NCBI GenBank assembly: GCA_050633305.1
Contig: JBOEGF010000032.1
Coordinates: 96,001-160,000 of the forward strand
DNA from: Nannocystales bacterium
GTDB taxonomy: Bacteria > Myxococcota_A > Polyangia > Nannocystales > Nannocystaceae
Direction of reading: 5' to 3'
Length of the DNA: 64,000 bases
Positions 57,673-64,000 of this stretch are shown piece after piece. Position numbers and translations under genes: made by a program. A model generated the notes under the pieces. The model was not told the origin of the DNA, searched no databases, and saw only the letters and a list, made by a program, of their open reading frames with translations. Numbering within the stretch: position 1 is the stretch's first letter; each line of letters begins with the position of its first letter.

Positions 57673-59470
57673 GCCTCGTGTCGCCTTCCAACGCCCGGCG
57701 GTAGGCAAGCTCCAACGGCACGCGGCTTCGCGCTCCAGGACCGCGTATCGCGTCGTGCAGTGTGAGCGCGGCATCGAGCTCATCAAGGGCCGCCGCAGGA
57801 GCACCCCCATGCAGCAGCCACGCGGCACGCTCGAACCGGAGATCGATCTGGAGACCGTGGCCTTCGAGCGTCCCGAGCTCTCCGACCGCCTCGTCGATCG
57901 CGAACTCTGCGGAGACGCGGTCTCCAGAGCACCGAGCCAGGAACGCACGGGCAAGCCACGACGATGCCCGTTCCGACGCGGTCGTGCTGTGCGCGTCGGC
58001 CCGGTCAAGCGCACTGGACGCGTCATCCAGGCGGCCGAGCGGGATGGCCAGATGCGCACTCGCCACAGCGAGCTCGAACTGGATCCACGCCGGCTGAGCT
58101 CTGGGGACGCCTGTCACCGCGGAGAGTTGCGTCAACGCCATTGCACGGAAGCCCTGGGCGGCCCACACGTTGCCAAGCAGGATGCGCAGGGCCACTCGCT
58201 CCAGGCTGGGTGATACGAGCCGTTCGGAGGCCCGCATCACCTCGGGCGCCCGGACCGATGACACCCGGGCGGCGTTGTCGACCGTCCACGACAGCCGCCG
58301 GAGCGGTCGTCTCGACGCACCGCCAACCCACGTGGTCCAACGGCGCGCCCGCGACAGGTGGGCCTGAGCCTCGAGCAGTGCCCCTCGGTCCAACGCCTCC
58401 TCGGCTTGGACCAAAGCGGTCGAGAACCGGACCCCCGGAGCCTGCGTTTGCTCGGCGGCCGCCACGGCCCGTTGGATCGCTGCATGCCGTCCCGCGGCAT
58501 CGTCCGCCAGGTGCACGCGCAGAAGCGCGACCCGGGCCCGCACCACGGGGTCCCGATGGCCGTCGTGTTCGAACGCATCGACGAGCGAGGCTGCGTCGAC
58601 ATCACCGGCGTCGATGCGGCTTGCGATCACGGTCCACGTCTCTGCGGTCCTGGGCGCCTGCAGGAGCGGTGCATCGTCGTAGGTGCGGGAGCGGGGTTCG
58701 TGGAGTGCCACCGCGAACAACACCGAGACTGCAACGCTCGTCGCGAGGCCTGCCCAACGCAGCCTTCGACGTCGGGCCAGGCCGAAGCCCCGCGCCAGCG
58801 TCCGGGTCGGCTTCGGATCTCCGGGCCGGTCCGAACGCATGGTCGAGGGAAGCGACCCGCTGTCCCCCAGCGCCGCACGAGCGAGAGCGCGAAGGTTGTC
58901 CCGGTCCCGTGCCGGAGTGCCCGAAGGCTCCGGGAGCGTCAGCAAGGCGCGGCCATCGAGGCTCAGCCAAAGGCTGTCGGGGTCGAACGAGAACCCGTAC
59001 ACGTCAACGTCATGGGCCGCAGCCAACGCACTCGCGACCGGGCCCAGTCTCGCGCACACGGCCGACCACGGATGGGGACCCTCCTTCAGCCATGCCCGCA
59101 GCGTCCCCGCCGGAACGGGGTCACACGCGACGACCACCTCCTCGTGTCCGCTCGAACCAGCCCACAACAGCGCAACCCGCCCCGAAGCCTCCCCCTCGGA
59201 CCAGCGATCCAGCAGCTCAAGATACGCCGCCACATCGCGCACGCCCATCCGGCGAAGAAGGGCAACGTCTCCATCCTCCCCACCGGCGAGGTAGACCTTG
59301 CTGTCCTCGGAATTCCGGGGCAGACGCCGAGAGATACGGTAGCCAGGACCGACCTCAGCTCCGGTGGCAAATCCCCGCTCGGGAGGAGGAGCGGCCGCGA
59401 CCGCATGCAAGAACGCCGAGAAGCCACCGTCGTCCACCTCGGACGTGATCGGTGGACCCTCCTCGCTCAC
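57641..59470 (-). CDS. Degenerate kinase-like (pseudokinase) membrane protein with a helical TPR-like C-terminus
   Basis: GYRISRRL...KVYLA, GTLRAWL and LAAAH match kinase subdomains, but no GxGxxG, HRD or DFG is present. One TM segment follows. Confidence 0.6.
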   Translation of the reverse strand: MSEEGPPITSEVDDGGFSAFLHAVAAAPPPERGFATGAEVGPGYRISRRLPRNSEDSKVYLAGGEDGDVALLRRMGVRDVAAYLELLDRWSEGEASGRVALLWAGSSGHEEVVVACDPVPAGTLRAWLKEGPHPWSAVCARLGPVASALAAAHDVDVYGFSFDPDSLWLSLDGRALLTLPEPSGTPARDRDNLRALARAALGDSGSLPSTMRSDRPGDPKPTRTLARGFGLARRRRLRWAGLATSVAVSVLFAVALHEPRSRTYDDAPLLQAPRTAETWTVIASRIDAGDVDAASLVDAFEHDGHRDPVVRARVALLRVHLADDAAGRHAAIQRAVAAAEQTQAPGVRFSTALVQAEEALDRGALLEAQAHLSRARRWTTWVGGASRRPLRRLSWTVDNAARVSSVRAPEVMRASERLVSPSLERVALRILLGNVWAAQGFRAMALTQLSAVTGVPRAQPAWIQFELAVASAHLAIPLGRLDDASSALDRADAHSTTASERASSWLARAFLARCSGDRVSAEFAIDEAVGELGTLEGHGLQIDLRFERAAWLLHGGAPAAALDELDAALTLHDAIRGPGARSRVPLELAYRRALEGDTRLMSEAPPSRA

Positions 59471-59706
59471 CCAACCACGATCGCATAGTCCGAGACCGGG
59501 TCGCGACCACCCCACCGCTCCCTGGGACGCGCAGGGTTTTCCGGCCCCACGTCCTCACAGGGTCACGGGGCGGCCGACCGCCGCTTGCCCCACTCAGCCC
59601 GCTCCACGGCGGCCGACAAGCTCGAAGGGACGGACGAACACAGCCGACCAGCTCTGGCTCCACCGCGGCCGGCTCCGCAGCGGCCGACGAGCGCGAAGGG
59701 GAGGCT

Positions 59707-60924
59707 CTAAAGGTCGAAGCGCTCGCAGTAGTCCGCGAGTCGCTCACGCATCGCGGCGGGCCGCAGACCGAACGCTTCGGGCGAGTGCTCGTGCTTGTGG
59801 TCCGGTCGTGGCCGGGCCGCGTGTTCCCGCACCGCGGCCTCCCCCGGAGCACTCCACCCGATGTCCAGCGTCTCATAGACGGCACGTGCCGAGGCGACGG
59901 GGTCGGCACAGAAGTCTTGGTGGCGCACATGAGCGACCCTGCCCGCCCCGAGGCTGTCGCAGCACGCCACCCCTGCGGCGTGCGCGTCCAACAGTGGGTC
60001 GTCGAACAGCTCGGGGCCGATCGTTTTTGGGTCGATGTCTCGGCTGAAGATCGCGCGGGTGTAGGCGTACATGCTGCTCATCGAACTGAAGACGTCGACC
60101 GGGTCGCGATGGATGAAGACGAACTTGGCGGACGGAAAACGCTCGAGCAATGCGGGGAGGTACCCGATGTGTGTCGGGTCCTTGAGCACCATTCGTGAGC
60201 CCCCGCCACGACGGCGTCGGAGGATCCCAAGCTCCTCCACGTAGCGCCCGTACGCGATGTTTGGATCCTGCCCTTGCAACCATCGCAAGTACGATGGCAC
60301 TCGAAACTGCACCGCGAACTGCGGGGTTCGAAACGAGTGGGCGAACAGGTTGAGGCACTCCTCGGGGTTGTCCGGGCGCATCGGGTGAATCGCCTGGTAG
60401 TTCGGAGAGACGCGGCGCAGCTCCGCGAGCACCGCAGCAACCTGCTCCCACCGAGGGTCCTCCGCCCCGGCGTGTGTGGAGACCGGGAACATCGTCTCGT
60501 AGTGCCGTGGGGACCAGTGCTCGGGGTCTGCAGCGAGGAGTTGATGCAGTGCAGTGGTCCCCGAACGCATCCAGCCCAACACGTAGATCGGAGACGGCAT
60601 GGACGCCGGGGCATCGAGCTGGGCCGCGCGCACGACCGGCCGCGCCTTGAGGTGCTCGAGGAGCCTCCGGGTACAGTCCTCGCGGGCCGCCACCTTGCCA
60701 ATCACCCCCAGGCCACTGTCGGCCTCGAGCGAATGGACGAGCGACTCAAATGCGTCTCGAACGTCCGCCTCGGGCTCCTCTCCCGCGGCGTCGACGGCCG
60801 CGCGCACCCATGCCGATGCGTCGAACTTCCCCGCCGGCAGGATGGCCGAGATCGTATTCAGAGCCGCGTACCACCACGGCTGAGTTCGAGCAGAGGTCGT
60901 GAACTGTCGCGCGTGAATCGTCAC
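59707..60924 (-). CDS. Sulfotransferase family protein
   Basis: 5'-PSB LGWMRSGTTALH, VLKDPTH and 3'-PB FIHRDPVDVFSS. Confidence 0.9.
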   Translation of the reverse strand: MTIHARQFTTSARTQPWWYAALNTISAILPAGKFDASAWVRAAVDAAGEEPEADVRDAFESLVHSLEADSGLGVIGKVAAREDCTRRLLEHLKARPVVRAAQLDAPASMPSPIYVLGWMRSGTTALHQLLAADPEHWSPRHYETMFPVSTHAGAEDPRWEQVAAVLAELRRVSPNYQAIHPMRPDNPEECLNLFAHSFRTPQFAVQFRVPSYLRWLQGQDPNIAYGRYVEELGILRRRRGGGSRMVLKDPTHIGYLPALLERFPSAKFVFIHRDPVDVFSSMSSMYAYTRAIFSRDIDPKTIGPELFDDPLLDAHAAGVACCDSLGAGRVAHVRHQDFCADPVASARAVYETLDIGWSAPGEAAVREHAARPRPDHKHEHSPEAFGLRPAAMRERLADYCERFDL

Positions 60925-61069
60925 AGGAAACCCAAGCCTCGATGCGTCCGCACTCGCGCCCTCTGCGACGAGGCTGCCACGTCGAGGCGCTCGGAGCATC
61001 CACGGCACGCCACGGCTCCCTGCGGAAGGCGCGCTCCCCCCAAGTCCGCCGGGTGCACGCCGTGGAGTT

Positions 61070-63802
61070 TCAGAGTTTCAGGCCCACCGGGAGACCCTCG
61101 CCGAACACCCGCTTCATGTCCGAGGCCGCCATGTCGCTCCCGCGAAGCACCATGTCGATCCAACTTGCGGGGGACTTGGCTGCCGTCAATCGCTCGGCAA
61201 TGGTCTTTCTCAGCGGCGCAGACAGATCGCGACGCGCATCACCGGTCAGCCGGCCGAGTGAGGCCGCCGCGAAGGCAGCACCCTCGGCCGCATCCCAGTC
61301 GAGCTCGAGGAGCGCCGTGACCCACCGCTGTGCCACGGCACTGTCGACCGCGTCTTCGGGGTCGGCCCGCACGGGCACACGCGCTCCCACGCGGGCGAGC
61401 GGCCAATACGAACAGATCTTTTTGGCGCGCTCCAAGAAGAGGTCGCCGCACCTCGCCTTGGCCTCGCGGGGGATCCGTTCGAGGCCTGCGACCAGCTGCA
61501 TCATCTCGACCGGACCATGCTTGTGCGGCGTCCCAGCTGGTGGCGTGCCGTCGCGCCACAACCAGGGCTCGAGTTCCTCGAACACCTGCAACTGCCGCTT
61601 GGCGTCGAGGCCCGCAGCAACGCGCCGCCACAGGATCCACCATTGGGGCCAGCTCGCCTTGTTGGCGCGGCGCAATCCAGCCTCGCGAAGACCCCACAGC
61701 GTATCGATACGCGCGTCGTCTTCGGGGGCCCCATAGCCTGGCCGCAATGCCCAGCCCGCGAGGCCGAGCCAGCTGAGTTCATGTTGGTCCGAGGCTGCAC
61801 GGCGAGGCTCGTGGGTGAGACACACCGCCCACAACGCGCGACACGTGGCCGCCGACCATTGCCCACGAGGACCGATCGCCTTCTCAATCCCGCGCCGAAG
61901 CCCGCGTGCGAGCTTGGGGTCATCCGAACCCATCGCCTTGGCAAACGCGGCCTGAGCCGACGCGAAGTTTTCGTGAACGGGGTCGGCCTCGAGACTGGCC
62001 TGAGCCTCGCGCGCGTTCGCCTCGGACAACGACTCGCGACCCAGCACGAACTCGAGCTTCCATTTGCGTGGCGGTAACTCCACCGTCGCGAGGAAGATTT
62101 CGAGCGCTCCGGTCGGGGTCATCGAGGACGACAACGTCACGGGAACATCGCTGCCCGAACGGCCGCGATCTCGCAGCACGGTTTCCAAGGCGGGAAGCGG
62201 ATCGAGGTCGGCGTCGGGGTCGACGACAACACCCGGAGCATCGGCCCGGTCGCCCGTGTAGACGTACAGCGGGAACGCGACCGGAGCGTCGAGGCGAAGG
62301 TCGAACACACGGTCGGGGACCGACGCAGAAGCACCGTCTTCCATGCCCTTGGGCGCGACGCACAGCGCCTGTCGACGTCCGGCGTCCCCCTCGACACCGA
62401 TGTAGTACGCGCGGGCCGTTCCGCCGCCGATTGCCTCACCGACGCCTCGACGAGACAAGCCGTAGACGACCGCTCCGCGTGCAACCGCGGTGTCGAGCGA
62501 GGTGTGTTCGAGAAAACGGACCCCATCGCCGAACCATCCCTCGAAGACCTGACGGAGGCGCTCGATGAGCGCATGGCCGTTGAACACGCCACCGTTGAGG
62601 AGCACCAGGTCAGGCCGGGGCAATCCCTGCACGAGCGCGGCCCCTGCGTCGACGGCCGCGTCGACATGACGCCGTAGGAAACTGCAAACATGCCGGGAAA
62701 CGGCAGCATCGGATGCGAACGGAAGGCCGAGCGTGGTGAGTCCGGCGCGAGAGGCTTTTTCGGCAACCTCGTCGGGGCCCGAGCGTGGCAGGAAACCGTC
62801 GAGAAGGACCTGCTGCACCTCTTCCCGAGTCACCGCGATGCTCCGGGTGCTGGCGAGCAGTCGTGAGCCCCGACCCTGGTACGAGATCACCGCCTCTTCG
62901 GGGCCATCCGCGGCGAGCAGGCGCTCCTTGGCGGCCCGGGCAGATTGCACGATCGCGGACCATACCGTCGCGTCGGAGGGCCGGTCGAGCTCCGCCTTGT
63001 CCAGGGCGAACATGGCCAACGCGGCATCCATGTTGTCGCCGCCGAGCATGAGGTGCCCGCCGACGGCAACCCGCTCGAGACGGCTCTCGTCGGGCCCAAG
63101 TCCCTCCGCAGCGCGGACCCGGACCAAGGTGAGGTCGGTGGTTCCACCGCCCACGTCGACGACGAGGATGAGCTTGGCGTCGCCCAGCTGCGTCTCGAGG
63201 TCTTCGGTGTGCGCGCCCAGGTAGTCGTAGAACGCGGCTTGCGGCTCCTCGATCAACCGCACCTCGCCCAGCCCGGCTTCGGCGGCCGCATCGGTGGTCA
63301 GCTCGCGAGCACCTTCGTCAAACGAGGCGGGGACAGTGACCACCACGTCCTGCGTCGCCAGCGGAGCATCGGGATACCGGTGCTCCCACACCTGTCGAAG
63401 GTGATCGAGGTAGGCGACCTGAGCCTCGAACGGCGAGACGTGGGGCTCGTCGTCCGGAGAGTTCCACGGCAGGATCGGGGCTCGCCGATTGACGCCGCCG
63501 TGGCACACCCAGCTTTTGGCCGAGGCCACCAGCCGACTGGGGACCTTGGCGCCCAGCCGTCGCGCAAACTCGCCCACGACCTGCGGGGACGGCCCCCACG
63601 GCAGACACCTGTCGTCGTCGCTGAGTTCGCCAGGGGCCGGCAGGTACATGAACGAGGGAAACAACGGCCTCTCGGCGGTCTCTCCAGCCGCAACGAGCTG
63701 CGGCACGTCCATGAGAAACACCTTGGGATCGGTGAGCTGGGAGGCTGCCAGCGCGCAGTGGGTCGTCCCCAGGTCGATTCCGACGACGAACCGCGCGCTC
63801 AC
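61070..63802 (-). CDS. Hsp70-family protein with a C-terminal DUF3731-like domain
   Basis: VGIDLGTTH, VVTVPASFD, IEEPQAAF, VDVGGGTTD, LGGDNMD and LLNGG. C-terminal GWALRPGYG and WWILWRRVAAGL. Confidence 0.9.
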   Translation of the reverse strand: MSARFVVGIDLGTTHCALAASQLTDPKVFLMDVPQLVAAGETAERPLFPSFMYLPAPGELSDDDRCLPWGPSPQVVGEFARRLGAKVPSRLVASAKSWVCHGGVNRRAPILPWNSPDDEPHVSPFEAQVAYLDHLRQVWEHRYPDAPLATQDVVVTVPASFDEGARELTTDAAAEAGLGEVRLIEEPQAAFYDYLGAHTEDLETQLGDAKLILVVDVGGGTTDLTLVRVRAAEGLGPDESRLERVAVGGHLMLGGDNMDAALAMFALDKAELDRPSDATVWSAIVQSARAAKERLLAADGPEEAVISYQGRGSRLLASTRSIAVTREEVQQVLLDGFLPRSGPDEVAEKASRAGLTTLGLPFASDAAVSRHVCSFLRRHVDAAVDAGAALVQGLPRPDLVLLNGGVFNGHALIERLRQVFEGWFGDGVRFLEHTSLDTAVARGAVVYGLSRRGVGEAIGGGTARAYYIGVEGDAGRRQALCVAPKGMEDGASASVPDRVFDLRLDAPVAFPLYVYTGDRADAPGVVVDPDADLDPLPALETVLRDRGRSGSDVPVTLSSSMTPTGALEIFLATVELPPRKWKLEFVLGRESLSEANAREAQASLEADPVHENFASAQAAFAKAMGSDDPKLARGLRRGIEKAIGPRGQWSAATCRALWAVCLTHEPRRAASDQHELSWLGLAGWALRPGYGAPEDDARIDTLWGLREAGLRRANKASWPQWWILWRRVAAGLDAKRQLQVFEELEPWLWRDGTPPAGTPHKHGPVEMMQLVAGLERIPREAKARCGDLFLERAKKICSYWPLARVGARVPVRADPEDAVDSAVAQRWVTALLELDWDAAEGAAFAAASLGRLTGDARRDLSAPLRKTIAERLTAAKSPASWIDMVLRGSDMAASDMKRVFGEGLPVGLKL

Positions 63803-64000
63803 GCATCCCCCCGAACGTCGAAGCTGAGGCTCCAGCTGGGAACGCCCGCGGCATGTGGGTCGGTTGGCACGGCCGCGACCTCGAGCGTTCCGACCTCGGT
63901 CGCGCGGACCCGAAGCCGAACCTCCACCACGTCTCCGGGCTCTCCGGGCAGCGTGGTCTGGATCGGCGCAAGCTCGGTGACATCGCGCAGGCGAGTCTTG
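63799..64000 (-). CDS. C-terminal end of a probable second Hsp70-family protein (truncated by the window edge)
   Basis: Minus-strand frame ELAPIQTTLPGEPGDVVEVRLRVRATEVGTLEV...WSLSFDVRGDA* resembles the internal segment LPALETVL...VPVTL...TPTGALE...WKLEF of the downstream Hsp70. GTGA overlap. Confidence 0.75.
   Translation of the reverse strand, partial: KTRLRDVTELAPIQTTLPGEPGDVVEVRLRVRATEVGTLEVAAVPTDPHAAGVPSWSLSFDVRGDA

Noticed and set aside
63318..63983. Possible frameshift or fusion between the two Hsp70-like genes at the G6 run
   Set aside because: Counting the run gives FDVRGDA-stop with a normal GTGA overlap, so no frameshift is needed.
1..64000. Many long overlapping ORFs (e.g. 982-2580, 5187-6935, 17787-19298, 36414-38276, 50791-52815)
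   Set aside because: They are antisense or off-frame shadows of clear genes, expected in high-GC DNA with strong codon bias, and have Arg/Pro/Gly-rich or motif-free translations.
1..64000. CRISPR array, integrase, transposase or prophage
   Set aside because: I saw no regularly spaced repeats and no recognisable mobile-element proteins, including next to the tRNA cluster.

Overview
High-GC chromosomal segment with the hallmarks of a Myxococcota genome, probably Nannocystaceae-like (inferred from a MYXO-CTERM protein, a DUF1592/DUF1552 pair, Ser/Thr kinases, ECF sigma factors and many acidic Ser/Thr/Gly-rich lipoproteins). It holds about 50 CDSs. These include housekeeping genes (partial cls, aspS, lnt, an ATM1-type ABC transporter, phhA, hemA/hemC with a CcsA-like gene, lon), two-component and ECF regulators, a tandem Hsp70-like pair at the right edge, and a cluster of three tRNA-type genes. 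I saw no mobile element or CRISPR array. The most notable items are: (1) a bufferin-like MNIO (DUF692/DUF2063) RiPP locus whose six-Cys precursor is a predicted lipoprotein, transcribed divergently from the maturases and behind a di-haem cytochrome c, with no DoxX gene; (2) a tRNA-Glu-like gene with an intact body but a 9-nt anticodon loop; (3) a recurring TAnnnT hexamer 5-7 nt before start codons, suggesting widespread leaderless mRNAs; (4) a small Zn-ribbon protein with three YGVP repeats; (5) a kinase-FHA / multihaem cytochrome / membrane protein operon. Family assignments come from motif recognition by eye and no database search was run. Several start codons were moved from the ORF track to the most plausible internal start.
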